Source: Dehalococcoidia bacterium
Lineage (GTDB): Bacteria; Chloroflexota; Dehalococcoidia; UBA2979
Assembly (NCBI GenBank): GCA_964291495.2
Contig: OZ219871.1
Span: forward strand, 1,376,001-1,440,000
DNA length: 64,000 nucleotides
Reading direction: 5' to 3'
This document shows, piece after piece, positions 1 to 9,469 of this stretch (its first letter is position 1; each line of letters begins with the position of its first letter). The notes below the pieces were generated by a model that did not search any database, was not told where the DNA came from, and worked only from the letters and a program-made list of their open reading frames with translations. Position numbers and translations under genes: made by a program.

Positions 1-2
1 GT

Positions 3-1061
3 CGCTCGTCCGACCCGGCGGCGCAGCAGCGCTACGCGGCCGCTGTCGAGGCCGCTCGCCGTTTCGCCGAGCAACCCGAGGGCTGGCTGGTCTTCAGCGG
101 CGTGCCCGGTTGCGGCAAGACGCACCTCGCCGCCGCCATCGCCAATCGCGCGATCGCGCTCGGCCGCCCCGCGCTCTTCCTCTCCGTCGCCGACTTCCTC
201 GATCGGCTCCGCGCCTCCTATGACGACGCTGCGGAGGTCTCCTACGAGCGGCTGAGCGACCAGTTCCGCGAGGCGCCCCTGGCCGTGCTCGACGACCTCG
301 ACAGTTACTCCGAGACGCCGTGGGCGCGCGAGAAGTTCGCGCAGCTCGTCTCGCACCGCTTCCACGCCGCGCTGCCCACGGTCTTCACCTGCGTGCGGCC
401 GCCCGAGCAGATCGACGAGCGTCTCGGCGCGCGGCTGAGCGACCCCGCGATCGCGCAGCACTTCACGCTCGAGGAGACCTCGTCGCCTCGCTACTTCGAG
501 GTCGGCGGGATGTCGCGCGAGCGGCTCGCCGAGCTGACGTTCGAGCGCTTCCGACCCGGCGGGCACGGCCTGCGTGGAGAGCAGCGCCGCAACCTCGAGG
601 GCGCGTTCCGGCTGGCGCGCGGCTGGGCGGAGCGGCCGGCGGGCTGGCTGGTGCTGCTCGGCGCGAACGGCAGCGGCAAGACGCACCTCGCCGCCGCCAT
701 CGCCGGATACCGCCTCGAGCAGGGCGACCGCGTCGCCTTCGCCACCGCGCCCGATCTCCTCGACGAGCTGCGGTCGACGTTCGCGCCGGACTCGGGCGAG
801 CGCTTCGATCCGCTGTTCCGCCGGCTGCGCGACGCGGGCCTGCTGGTGCTCGACGACCTCGGGGTCGAGAAGTCGGGCGGCTGGGCGCAGGAGAAGCTCT
901 ACCAGCTGCTCAACTACCGCCACCTCGGCCGCCGCCCAACGGTGATCACGAGCGACCTCGCGCTCACCGAGCTGGAGCCGCGCATCGCCTCGAGGCTTAG
1001 TGATCTGCAGGTCGCGACCGCCTACGAGCTGCGCGCCCCGGACTACCGCACAGGGGCGTAA
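3..1061 (+). CDS. DnaC/IstB-like AAA+ ATPase with two tandem ATPase domains (5' partial)
   Basis: Frame is open from base 3. Two copies of W-L-V-x-x-G-x-x-G-x-GKTHLAAAIA (Walker A), LDDL (Walker B) and R-x-x-x-x-x-P-T-V; C-terminal APDYR typical of DnaC/IstB. Confidence 0.85.
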   Translation, partial: RSSDPAAQQRYAAAVEAARRFAEQPEGWLVFSGVPGCGKTHLAAAIANRAIALGRPALFLSVADFLDRLRASYDDAAEVSYERLSDQFREAPLAVLDDLDSYSETPWAREKFAQLVSHRFHAALPTVFTCVRPPEQIDERLGARLSDPAIAQHFTLEETSSPRYFEVGGMSRERLAELTFERFRPGGHGLRGEQRRNLEGAFRLARGWAERPAGWLVLLGANGSGKTHLAAAIAGYRLEQGDRVAFATAPDLLDELRSTFAPDSGERFDPLFRRLRDAGLLVLDDLGVEKSGGWAQEKLYQLLNYRHLGRRPTVITSDLALTELEPRIASRLSDLQVATAYELRAPDYRTGA

Positions 1062-1130
1062 CAGTGTGATGAGTATGTGCTACACTCTCTCGCGGCAGCG
1101 TGCGGGGGGTAGCGGCGTATACTCATGGCG

Positions 1131-1406
1131 ATGGCTTCAGACACGCTGAGCATTTCCAAGGACCTGCGCGCGGCAGGCTTCAACGAGCAGCAGGCCGACG
1201 CCCTCGCCACGCACATGGCCGTCACGCCCTCGAACCTCGTGACGAAGGAAGATCTCGCGCTCGAGGTTGCCCGGCTGGACCACAAGATCGATCAGGTGGA
1301 ATCACGGCTGCTGCTGAGGCTGGGCGCGGGGCTGGCAGTTGCGACGGGCCTGGTCCTCGCCGGGATAGGCACGGCGACAGCGGTCCTCCTGAACCAGCTC
1401 GGCTAG
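1131..1406 (+). CDS. Small DUF1640/CCDC90-like coiled-coil protein with C-terminal TM helix
   Basis: DTL...L..AGF.E.QA.AL...VTKEDL pattern, heptad region and hydrophobic C-terminus. Start 1125 or 1131 (TATACT lies 7 nt before 1131). Confidence 0.7.
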   Translation: MASDTLSISKDLRAAGFNEQQADALATHMAVTPSNLVTKEDLALEVARLDHKIDQVESRLLLRLGAGLAVATGLVLAGIGTATAVLLNQLG

Positions 1407-1422
1407 CGACCCTCGCGAAGCC

Positions 1423-2142
1423 TCACGCCCCTGCGGGGTGCTCCGAGCCGGCGGGGCGAGGGCTGACGCCCTCCTGCCAGACCGAGCCATCGAGGCCGTG
1501 CTCGCGCTTCCAGACGGGGACAGTCTCCTTGATCCGGTCGACGGCACGCAGGGCCGCCTCGAAGGCGTCCCCGCGGTGCGAGGCGGAGACGGCGACCAGC
1601 AGCGAGACCTCGCCGATCTCCAGCATCCCGATGCGATGATGCGCCGCGATGCGGTGCACCTCGCGATCCGCGAACTCCGCCAGCACCTCGCGCGAAGCCG
1701 CCTCGAGCTGCCGCTCGGCCATCGAGGCGTAGGCCTCGTACTCGAGCCGCGCCACCGCACGGCCCTCGTGGTGGTTGCGCACTACGCCCTCGAACAGCAC
1801 CACGGCGCCGCTTGCGTCCGTGTGCACGACCTCGCGCAGCGCGTCGCGGTCCAGCGGGTCGTGCGTCACGAGGAACGGCGCCGTCCCGCCCTCGCCGCCG
1901 GAAATCGGCTGGATCAGCGCCACCTCGTCGCGTTCGCCGATCTCGGTGGCGGCGTCGATGCAGTACTCCTCGTTGATCGCGAGCGCGAGCGTCGGCAGGT
2001 GCGGGCGCAGCGCGGGCCGCGACTGCTCCAGGCGACGCTGCAGATCGGCGACCGTGACGGCGCTCTCCGCGAACTCCTCGTCGAGGAACTCGCTGTCCAT
2101 CAGCTCGCGGAGCTGTGCGAAGAGCCGGATTCTGACGCGCAC
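1423..2142 (-). CDS. moaX: Fused molybdopterin synthase MoaD-MoaE (MoaX-type)
   Basis: N-terminal ubiquitin-like domain (LFAQLRE...AINEEY...ALIQPISGG) followed by MoaE motifs (GAVVLFEGVVR, LEYEAY, HRIG.L.IGE, IKETVPVWKRE). Confidence 0.9.
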   Translation of the reverse strand: MRVRIRLFAQLRELMDSEFLDEEFAESAVTVADLQRRLEQSRPALRPHLPTLALAINEEYCIDAATEIGERDEVALIQPISGGEGGTAPFLVTHDPLDRDALREVVHTDASGAVVLFEGVVRNHHEGRAVARLEYEAYASMAERQLEAASREVLAEFADREVHRIAAHHRIGMLEIGEVSLLVAVSASHRGDAFEAALRAVDRIKETVPVWKREHGLDGSVWQEGVSPRPAGSEHPAGA

Positions 2143-2231
2143 GGGCCTGCCTCATCCGTTCGTCCTGCTGCCCAGCGAGTATAAGCTCGGCAGCGCCCGC
2201 CGGAGCCGCTCCGGCGCTATCGAGGCTGGCG

Positions 2232-2912
2232 ATGGTTGCGCGCGAGTTGCTGCACGAGCTGGCGGAGGCGCTGCTGCCGCAGCGCTGCATTGCCTGCGGG
2301 CGCTTCGGCGCCTCGCTGCACCACGCCTGCCTCGAGGCGTTGCCGGCGGCCGGATCGCCGCGCTGTACGCGCTGCTGGGCGCCCGGTCCGGGCTCGCCCT
2401 GCGCGGCCTGCCTCGCCGATCCGCCGCCGTTCGAAGGGCTGCGCACCCCCTACCGCTTCGCGGGCGTGGCGCGCCGCGCGCTGCTGGAGGCGAAGTTCCG
2501 GGGGATCAGCGCGCACCTCGATCCGCTCGGCGATGTTGCCGCGGGCGTCGTGCCGCGCCGCTGGAGGATCGACGCCGTGACGCCGATCCCGCTGCACGGC
2601 GCGCGCCGCCGCCGGCGCGGCTTCAACCAGTCCGAGCTGATCGCACGCCGCGTCGCGAGGGCCCTCGGGCTGCCGCTGCGCGCCGATCTGCTGCGGCGCG
2701 TCCGGGCAACCGGGCCGCAGACCGCCCTCGGCAGGGAGCGTCGCGCCGCCAACATCACCGGCGCATTCGCGGCCACCGGAACACCGCCCGCGGGCGTGCT
2801 GCTCGTCGATGATGTCTCGACGACCGGCGCGACGCTGGCGGCGGCGGCTCGGGCGCTGCTGGACGGCGGCGCCGGAAGGGTCTACGCCCTCGCCGTGGCT
2901 CGCGAGGACTGA
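2232..2912 (+). CDS. comF: ComF family protein (double Zn-ribbon plus PRTase domain)
   Basis: CxxC motifs, RGFNQSELIA, LLVDDVSTTGATL. Confidence 0.9.
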   Translation: MVARELLHELAEALLPQRCIACGRFGASLHHACLEALPAAGSPRCTRCWAPGPGSPCAACLADPPPFEGLRTPYRFAGVARRALLEAKFRGISAHLDPLGDVAAGVVPRRWRIDAVTPIPLHGARRRRRGFNQSELIARRVARALGLPLRADLLRRVRATGPQTALGRERRAANITGAFAATGTPPAGVLLVDDVSTTGATLAAAARALLDGGAGRVYALAVARED

Positions 2913-2997
2913 GCGGGGCCGCTCGCCGCGACGAGCGCTGGCACCGCTTGCGGGGCAGTTCTAGAATGCCCCCGCCGGCCCCCACGGGAGGCGCGCT

Positions 2998-3969
2998 GTG
3001 ATCATCACGGTCACCCTCAACCCGGCCATCGACCAGACGATCGAGATCGATCGCCTGATCGAGGGCGACACCAACCGCGTCGCAGCGATCCGCTGGGACA
3101 TCGGCGGCAAGGGCATCAACGTCGCGCGCATGCTCAAGGAGCTCGGCTACGAGCCACTGGCGAGCGGCTTCGCGCCCGGCGACCTCGGACGGATGATCGA
3201 GGACTCGCTGGTCGACGCGGGCATCGGCTGCGAGTTCATCTTCGTCCCGGGCGAGACGCGCACCAACATCACGATCCTCGACCGAGAGACGCACCGCGAC
3301 ACCGTGCTCGCCGCCTCCGGGCCGAAGGTGACGCAGCACGCGGTCTCACTGCTGCGCACGCGACTGAATCGCCGCCTCCGCCCGCACGGCGAGAGCTGGC
3401 TGGTGCTGGCCGGTTCGATTCCGCCCGGCTGCGACCCCGCGCTCTACGCCGACCTGCTGGGCATGGCGGCCGAGCGCGGCGCGTACAGCGCCGTCGACGC
3501 CGACGGAGAGGTGGTGGCCGCGATCCTCAGCGGCGGCGCTGCGCCCGACCTGCTCAAGCTCAACGAACACGAGGCGGGGCGCCTGCTCGGACGCACGATC
3601 GATGACGAGGCGAGCGCCATCGAAGCAGCGCGCACCCTGCGCTCGTGGGGCCTGACGCAGGTCGTGATCACCCGCGGCGGGGACGGAGCGGTTGCGATCA
3701 CGCCCGAGGGCGACTTCCGGGTCGGGGCCCTCGATGTCGAGGTGCGGTCCGCGGTTGGGGCGGGCGACGCCTTCCTCGCCGGGCTGATCTTCGGGCTCGT
3801 CCGCGGGCGCGGCTGGGCCGCCTCGCTGGCGACCGCGACCGCCTCCGGCGCGGCGGCGTGCCTGGCGCCCGGCACCTCTCTCGGGCGGGCCGCGGACGCG
3901 CGCCGCCTGGAGGCGCAGGTGCGCGTCGAGGCGCTGCGGGAGCCGACCGCGCATCCTGCGCACGCCTGA
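2998..3969 (+). CDS. 1-phosphofructokinase family (PfkB) hexose kinase
   Basis: TVTLNPAID, GGKGINVAR, GETRTN, AVGAGDAF. Confidence 0.9.
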   Translation: MIITVTLNPAIDQTIEIDRLIEGDTNRVAAIRWDIGGKGINVARMLKELGYEPLASGFAPGDLGRMIEDSLVDAGIGCEFIFVPGETRTNITILDRETHRDTVLAASGPKVTQHAVSLLRTRLNRRLRPHGESWLVLAGSIPPGCDPALYADLLGMAAERGAYSAVDADGEVVAAILSGGAAPDLLKLNEHEAGRLLGRTIDDEASAIEAARTLRSWGLTQVVITRGGDGAVAITPEGDFRVGALDVEVRSAVGAGDAFLAGLIFGLVRGRGWAASLATATASGAAACLAPGTSLGRAADARRLEAQVRVEALREPTAHPAHA

Positions 3970-4049
3970 CTCCCGGGGCGCGGTCCCAGACCCGGTCCTG
4001 CGGTAGGATTTGATCCGGCAGCAGCGCCTATCCCCACGAGGAGCGAGAG

Positions 4050-5318
4050 ATGAGCACGCTGACCGATCTGGCGGGCACGCTCGCCGACGTCGACCCTGCG
4101 ATCGCCTCGGCGATCGGCCGCGAGGAGCAGCGGCAGCGCTCCACCCTCGAGATGATCGCGTCGGAGAACTTCGCATCCGCCGCCGTGATCGAGGCCGTGG
4201 GCACGGTGCTCACCAACAAGTACGCTGAGGGCTACCCGGGCCGCCGCTACTACGGCGGCTGCGAGTTCGTCGACGAGGTCGAGAGCCTCGCCATCGAGCG
4301 GGCCGAGTCGCTCTTCGGCGCCGAGCATGCCAACGTCCAGCCTCACTCTGGCGCGCAGGCGAACATGGCCGTCTACTTCGGGCTGCTCAAGCCCGGCGAC
4401 ACGGTGATGGGCCTGCGCCTCGATCAGGGCGGCCACCTTACGCACGGCTCGAACGTCAACTTCAGCGGCAAGCTCTTCGAGTTCGTCTCCTACGGCGTCG
4501 ATCGCGAGACGGAGTACATCGACTACGACGAGATGGCGGCGCTCGCCCGCGAGCACCGCCCGAAGATCATCGTCACCGGCGCCACCGCCTACCCGCGCGA
4601 GATCGACTTCGCCCGCGCCCGCGCGATCGCCGACGAGGTGGATGCGCTGCTGATGGCGGACATGGCGCACATCGCCGGTCTCGTCGCCTCGGGTGTGCAC
4701 GTCTCGCCGATCGGGCACGCGCAGCTGGTCACCAGCTCGACGCACAAGACGCTGCGCGGCCCGCGAGGCGGGATGATCCTCTGCGACCAGCCGTATGCGC
4801 GGCGCATCGATCGCGGCGTCTTCCCCAACGCCCAGGGTGGTCCGCTGATGCACGTCGTGGCGGGCAAGGCCGTCGCCTTCGCCGAGGCGGCGACCTCCGA
4901 GTTCCGCGCTTACTCGCAGCAGACGGTCGACAACGCGCGCGCCCTCGGCGAGACGCTGGTCGATGCCGGGCTGCGCGTGGTCAGCGGCGGCACGGACAAC
5001 CACCTGCTGCTGGTCGATGTGACGCCCAAGGGGCTGACCGGCCAGACGGCCGAGGACGCGCTGGCTCGCGCGGGGATCGTCGTCAACAAGAACGCGATCC
5101 CCTACGACGAACTCCCGCCGGCCGTCGCCTCCGGCATTCGCGTCGGCACGCCCGCGCTCACCTCGCGCGGACTTGCTACGACGGAGCTGCGCCAGGTGGG
5201 CGAGCTGATCGTGCGCATCCTCGATGCGCCCGAGGACGAGGCGGTCGCGGCGCAGGTGCGCTCCGAGGTGCTGGCGCTGTGCGAGGCGTTTCCCGCGCCG
5301 GGGGTGCCTGCGGAGTAG
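4050..5318 (+). CDS. glyA: Serine hydroxymethyltransferase
   Basis: [43 protein letters not shown]. Confidence 0.98.
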   Translation: MSTLTDLAGTLADVDPAIASAIGREEQRQRSTLEMIASENFASAAVIEAVGTVLTNKYAEGYPGRRYYGGCEFVDEVESLAIERAESLFGAEHANVQPHSGAQANMAVYFGLLKPGDTVMGLRLDQGGHLTHGSNVNFSGKLFEFVSYGVDRETEYIDYDEMAALAREHRPKIIVTGATAYPREIDFARARAIADEVDALLMADMAHIAGLVASGVHVSPIGHAQLVTSSTHKTLRGPRGGMILCDQPYARRIDRGVFPNAQGGPLMHVVAGKAVAFAEAATSEFRAYSQQTVDNARALGETLVDAGLRVVSGGTDNHLLLVDVTPKGLTGQTAEDALARAGIVVNKNAIPYDELPPAVASGIRVGTPALTSRGLATTELRQVGELIVRILDAPEDEAVAAQVRSEVLALCEAFPAPGVPAE

Positions 5319-5330
5319 GCGCCGCCTCGA

Positions 5331-5359
5331 TTGCCCCTCGATCGGGGCGTTCATATACT
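5331..5359 (+). promoter_or_regulatory. Sigma70-type promoter for rpsF-ssb-rpsR
   Basis: TTGCCC (5331-5336), 17-nt spacer, TATACT (5354-5359). Confidence 0.7.
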
Positions 5360-5365
5360 GGCGCA

Positions 5366-5488
5366 ACGGAGTACGGGCTGCCTCGATTCCCGCCGTGCCC
5401 GGTTGCCGCGAGGGCGGCGCCGGGCGCTGTGTTCATCGGGGCGCTCTGCTGCGAGCGGCGGGACGACCGACTCCACGAGGGAGCACGC
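5366..5488 (+). promoter_or_regulatory. Structured rpsF leader, candidate S6:S18 autoregulatory element
   Basis: Nested complementary pairs GGAGT/ACTCC, TCCCGCCG/CGGCGGGA and GCCCGG/CCGGGC between promoter and RBS. Confidence 0.45.
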
Positions 5489-6088
5489 TTGAACGAGTAC
5501 GAGCTGATGTACGTGATCAGCCCGCGCCTCATGGTGGAGGAGATCGACTCCACCATCGAGCGCGTCCAGGGACTGGTCGAAGATGCCGGCGGCGAGATCC
5601 TGATGACGGACAACTGGGGCCGGCGGCGCCTCGCCTACCCGATCAAGCACCACTTCGAGGGCACCTACGTGCTCTCCCACATGACACTGCCGCCCGACCG
5701 CGTCGCCGGGTTCGAGCGGGCGATGCACCTCAACGAGCAGATCCTCAGGCACCTCGTGGTTCGCGGCATCGTCCCGGGCTATGACGGCCCGCCTGAAGAG
5801 GAGCTGGTCTACGCCCGGCGCGGCACGTCGCGTCCGGCGCCGTCGCGATCGCCCGCCGAGGACGCGCCCGCCGCAGCGGAAGCGACCGAGGCTGCCGACG
5901 CGCCCGAGGCGGCAGAAGCGGCCGACGCGCCCGAAGCAACTGAGGCGGCCGACTCTCCCGAGGCGGCAGAGGCGGCCGACTCTCCCGAGGCGGCAGAAGC
6001 GGCCGACGCGCCCGAGGCGTCCGAGCCCTCAGAGGCCGCCGAGACACCAGAGGTTGCCGAAGCGCCCGCGGCCACCTCGGCAGAGTGA
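5489..6088 (+). CDS. rpsF: 30S ribosomal protein S6 with acidic repeat tail
   Basis: TTG start; NEYELMYVI...WGRRRLAYPIK...ILRHLVV, then Ala/Glu-rich tail. Confidence 0.95.
   Translation: MNEYELMYVISPRLMVEEIDSTIERVQGLVEDAGGEILMTDNWGRRRLAYPIKHHFEGTYVLSHMTLPPDRVAGFERAMHLNEQILRHLVVRGIVPGYDGPPEEELVYARRGTSRPAPSRSPAEDAPAAAEATEAADAPEAAEAADAPEATEAADSPEAAEAADSPEAAEAADAPEASEPSEAAETPEVAEAPAATSAE
5885..6019 (+). repeat. 27-bp in-frame tandem repeat, 5 copies, encoding (A/T)EAAD(A/S)PEA
   Basis: Repeated gaggcggccgac(g/t)c(g/t)cccgaggcggca-like units within the rpsF 3' end. Confidence 0.9.
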
Positions 6089-6163
6089 CGCAGCCGCAAC
6101 GGCGAACCGCGTGATCGAGGGCGCAACGAATCCGCTACTCTCCCCACGGACGGGGGTCCAAGC

Positions 6164-6577
6164 ATGCTGAACAAGGTGATGGTCATTGGGAATCTGGGCG
6201 CCGATCCGGAGATGCGCTACACCGCGAACGGCAGCGCCGTCACGAACTTCAACGTCGCCACCAACCGCGAGTACACCACCGGTGATGGCGAACGCCGCCA
6301 GGAGACGGAGTGGTTCCGCGTCGTCACCTGGAACCGGCTGGCCGAGATCTGCAGCCAGTACCTCTCGAAGGGCCGCCAGGTCTATGTCGAGGGCCGGCTG
6401 CAGACCCGCTCCTGGGAGGGGCAGGACGGTCAGACGCGCTACACCACCGAACTGATCGCCCAGGAGGTGAAGTTCCTCGGCGGCCAGCGCGACGCCTCGT
6501 ACGAGCGTGCGGGCGCGCCCAACCTTGCCGCTCCCGACTTCGCGGGCGACATTGAGGCGGACGATCTGCCGTTCTAG
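6164..6577 (+). CDS. ssb: Single-stranded DNA-binding protein
   Basis: MLNKVMVIGNLGADPE, VEGRLQTRSW, C-terminal DDLPF. Confidence 0.98.
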   Translation: MLNKVMVIGNLGADPEMRYTANGSAVTNFNVATNREYTTGDGERRQETEWFRVVTWNRLAEICSQYLSKGRQVYVEGRLQTRSWEGQDGQTRYTTELIAQEVKFLGGQRDASYERAGAPNLAAPDFAGDIEADDLPF

Positions 6578-6601
6578 CCGCCGACTGAACCGGAGGAGCC
6601 G

Positions 6602-6982
6602 ATGACCACCGAGCCGCCCCGCAGCGCCCCAGCAGGCCGCCCACCCGCGGGCCGTGACCGCGACCGCGACCGCGACCGCGACTCGGACTTCGGGCGTGGG
6701 CGCGGCGGCCGAGGGGGAGGCGGCGGTGGCCGCGGCAGGCGCCGGCCCTGCGAGTTCTGCCCGCCCGGCACGCGTGTGGTCGACTACAAGAACACGCCGA
6801 TGCTGAGGCGCTACCTGACCGAGCGCGGCAAGATGGAGGCGCGCCGCCGCGGTGGTTGCACGGCCAAGTGCCAGCGGCTGCTGGCGCAGGCCATCAAGCG
6901 CGCTCGCCACATGGCCCTGCTCCCGTACACCGCCGAGCATGTCCGGCTGAGCAACGTCCCGGCTGGACGGCCGCGCCGCTAG
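6602..6982 (+). CDS. rpsR: 30S ribosomal protein S18 (Zn-binding form) with N-terminal RD/RGG extension
   Basis: CEFC...DYKN..LRRYLTERGK...CTAKCQR.LA.AIKRARHMALLPY. Confidence 0.95.
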   Translation: MTTEPPRSAPAGRPPAGRDRDRDRDRDSDFGRGRGGRGGGGGGRGRRRPCEFCPPGTRVVDYKNTPMLRRYLTERGKMEARRRGGCTAKCQRLLAQAIKRARHMALLPYTAEHVRLSNVPAGRPRR

Positions 6983-7027
6983 GCGCCCGCGGATCGCGAC
7001 GGCGCTCCGCGAGGAGGGCCCGCACAC

Positions 7028-8161
7028 GTGCCCCGCCCCCGAGGCCAGGCCGATCGCAGTTCCGGGTCGACGCGCATCAGCGCGCGCCGCCAGCGCGATG
7101 AGCGCGCGGCACGCCGGGAGCGCGTCACCATCATCGCCGTCGCCGTCGTCCTCGGCGTCGCCTCTCTGGTCGTGCTGGCGGGCCTCTACGTCACGCAGTA
7201 CCGCCCACCGCGCGCCCACGTCCTGAGCGTCGGCGAGACGGACTACCAGGCCGCCGCAGTCGCTCGCCGCGCTGCCTACGAGGTCCGCTTCGGGGACCTC
7301 CCGGGCGGGATCGGCGAGGCCGTGCCGGGGACGCTGAGCGTGCTCGAGGAGCAGACGATCCTGCTGGAGCGCGCCCCCGCCCTCGTCGGCGCGGCGACCG
7401 ACGAGGACGTCACGCAGTGGCTGCGCGAGCACCTCGGCTTCGCGCCGCCCGAGCAGCCCGCCCGGGACGCCGCGGCGGATGGAGACGATTCGAGCGACGC
7501 AGCGGACGATGGCGCAGCGGACGATGGCGCGGCGGACGAGGGAAGCCTCGAAGAGGATCCGGAGGAAGCAGCTGCCCGCTTCGCGACCGCGCTGGCCGAC
7601 TGGTTGCGCCACATCGATCTGCCGAAGGACGAGTACGATCTCGTGATCGCGGCCGGGATCCTGAGCGATCGCCTTCGTGACCAGTTCCGGGCGGAGATCG
7701 GCGAGGCGGCCGACCAGGTACGCGTCTCGCGCATCCGCCTCGCCGACCGCGGCGGCGCCGAGGACGTGCGCGCGCTCCTGCTGGAGGGGGCGGACTTCGC
7801 CGAACTCGCCGAGGAGCGCAGCGCCGAGGCCGAGTACGCGGCGCAGGGCGGCGACCTGGGCTGGCTGCCCTTCGGCTCCCTGAGCGACATCGCACGGGCG
7901 GCGATCGAGGGTCTCGCGCCGGGCTCGATCAGCGAGGTGGTCGACACCGGGGTGTTCTTCGACGTCTACCTGGTGGCGGAGCGCGAGGAGGCCCGACCGC
8001 TCGATCCGGCGCAGATCGAGGCGCTGATCGAGAGGCGCTGGGACGGGTGGCTTCTCGCGCAACGGGCTATGGTGTCCGTGGAGCGCGACTTGTCCGATGG
8101 CGAGGAGCGCTGGATTCTCGATCGCGTGGTCGGCAGCCTGTCGAGCGGAGGCGGCTCGTGA
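7028..8161 (+). CDS. Membrane-anchored parvulin-type peptidyl-prolyl isomerase (PrsA/SurA-like)
   Basis: N-terminal TM helix; rotamase motifs GADFAELAEERS, GGDLGW, L.PG.IS.VV. Confidence 0.75.
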   Translation: MPRPRGQADRSSGSTRISARRQRDERAARRERVTIIAVAVVLGVASLVVLAGLYVTQYRPPRAHVLSVGETDYQAAAVARRAAYEVRFGDLPGGIGEAVPGTLSVLEEQTILLERAPALVGAATDEDVTQWLREHLGFAPPEQPARDAAADGDDSSDAADDGAADDGAADEGSLEEDPEEAAARFATALADWLRHIDLPKDEYDLVIAAGILSDRLRDQFRAEIGEAADQVRVSRIRLADRGGAEDVRALLLEGADFAELAEERSAEAEYAAQGGDLGWLPFGSLSDIARAAIEGLAPGSISEVVDTGVFFDVYLVAEREEARPLDPAQIEALIERRWDGWLLAQRAMVSVERDLSDGEERWILDRVVGSLSSGGGS

Positions 8162-9465
8162 GCGCTGGGCAAGGGCACGAGGGCGGTCCGATCGGCGTCG
8201 CGCTCTTCGGCGCGGGCAACGTCGGCGGCGGAGTGATCGAGGCCCTCGATCGCGGCGGCGAACGCTACGCGATGGTCGTCGGACGCCCGCTCGAGCTGCG
8301 CGGCGCGCTCGTGCGCGACGCCTCGGCGCCGCGTCACGGCCTCGGACCGGAGTGCCTGACGACGGGCCCGGACGCGCTGCTCTCGGACCCCGCGGTGCGC
8401 ATCGTCGTCGAGCTGATGGGGGGCGAGGAGCCGGCCGCCGACTACATCGCGCGCGCGCTGCGCTCCGGCCGGCACGTGGTGACGGCCAACAAGGAGGTGA
8501 TCGCCAAGCACGGGCGCGATCTGCTCGCGATTGCCGCGGACCACGGCGTGCGCCTGCTCTACGAGGCTTCGGTCGGCGGTGGCATCCCGATCATCAGCCC
8601 GCTCTCCCGCGACCTGCTCGGCAACCAGATCACCGGCGTCACCGCGATCATCAACGGCACCACGAACTACATGCTGACCGGCATGGATCGCGAGGGCGCC
8701 GACTACGCCGAGATACTCGCCGAGGCGCAGCGTCTCGGCTACGCCGAGCCGGACCCGACCGCCGATGTCGAAGGCATCGACGCCGCCTTCAAGCTCGCGA
8801 TCCTCTGCGGCCTGGCGTTCCACGTCGCGGTCAGCCCGGACGACATCGTGCGCCAGGGCATCACGACGCTGACCGCCAACGACCTGCGCCACGCGGACGC
8901 GCTCGGCTACGCGATCAAGCTGCTCGCGAACGGGCGGCTCGTCGAGGGCGAGCTGATCGCCTCCGTGCAGCCGACGCTGATCGCGCGCAGCGAGCCGCTG
9001 GCCAAGGTGGACGGCGTGCTCAATGCCGTCCAGGTCGAGGGCGATCTCGTGGGCCGCGTCGTCCTCGAGGGCCCGGGCGCCGGTCCCGGCCCCACGGCGA
9101 GCGCCGTGCTGGCGGACGTGCTGGACGTGGCCCGCGACATCGTGGCGGGGCGCCCGCCCGTGGAGACGCCGCCACTGCGCAGCGTGCGCGTGCGCCCGCC
9201 CGGCGAGCATCGCGCCCGGCGCTACCTGCGGATGACCGTGGCGGACCGTCCGGGCGTCCTCGGAGTAATCGGGCACGCGCTCGGCGCGCACGGCGTCAGC
9301 ATCGCCTCGGTGATCCAGGTGGAGGCGGACGAGGACGCCCGGACTGCGGAGATCGTGCTCACCACGCACCTGACCGCCGGTGCGGAGCTGGAAGCCGCCC
9401 TCGATGAGCTCAGCGCCTCGGACGTGGTCGAGGAGATCGGCAACGTGATCGCGATGGCGGGCTAG
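8158..9465 (+). CDS. hom: Homoserine dehydrogenase with ACT domain
   Basis: GAGNVG, VVTANK, YEASVGGGIPII, INGTTNY, GYAEPDPTADVEG, GPGAG; GTG start overlaps the upstream stop. Confidence 0.95.
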   Translation: MSAGQGHEGGPIGVALFGAGNVGGGVIEALDRGGERYAMVVGRPLELRGALVRDASAPRHGLGPECLTTGPDALLSDPAVRIVVELMGGEEPAADYIARALRSGRHVVTANKEVIAKHGRDLLAIAADHGVRLLYEASVGGGIPIISPLSRDLLGNQITGVTAIINGTTNYMLTGMDREGADYAEILAEAQRLGYAEPDPTADVEGIDAAFKLAILCGLAFHVAVSPDDIVRQGITTLTANDLRHADALGYAIKLLANGRLVEGELIASVQPTLIARSEPLAKVDGVLNAVQVEGDLVGRVVLEGPGAGPGPTASAVLADVLDVARDIVAGRPPVETPPLRSVRVRPPGEHRARRYLRMTVADRPGVLGVIGHALGAHGVSIASVIQVEADEDARTAEIVLTTHLTAGAELEAALDELSASDVVEEIGNVIAMAG

Positions 9466-9469
9466 CAGC

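Noticed and set aside
3-1061. IS21 element (IstB helper)
   Set aside because: No transposase or terminal repeat is visible, and the double-domain form in a housekeeping context favours a replication ATPase; the upstream region is outside the window.
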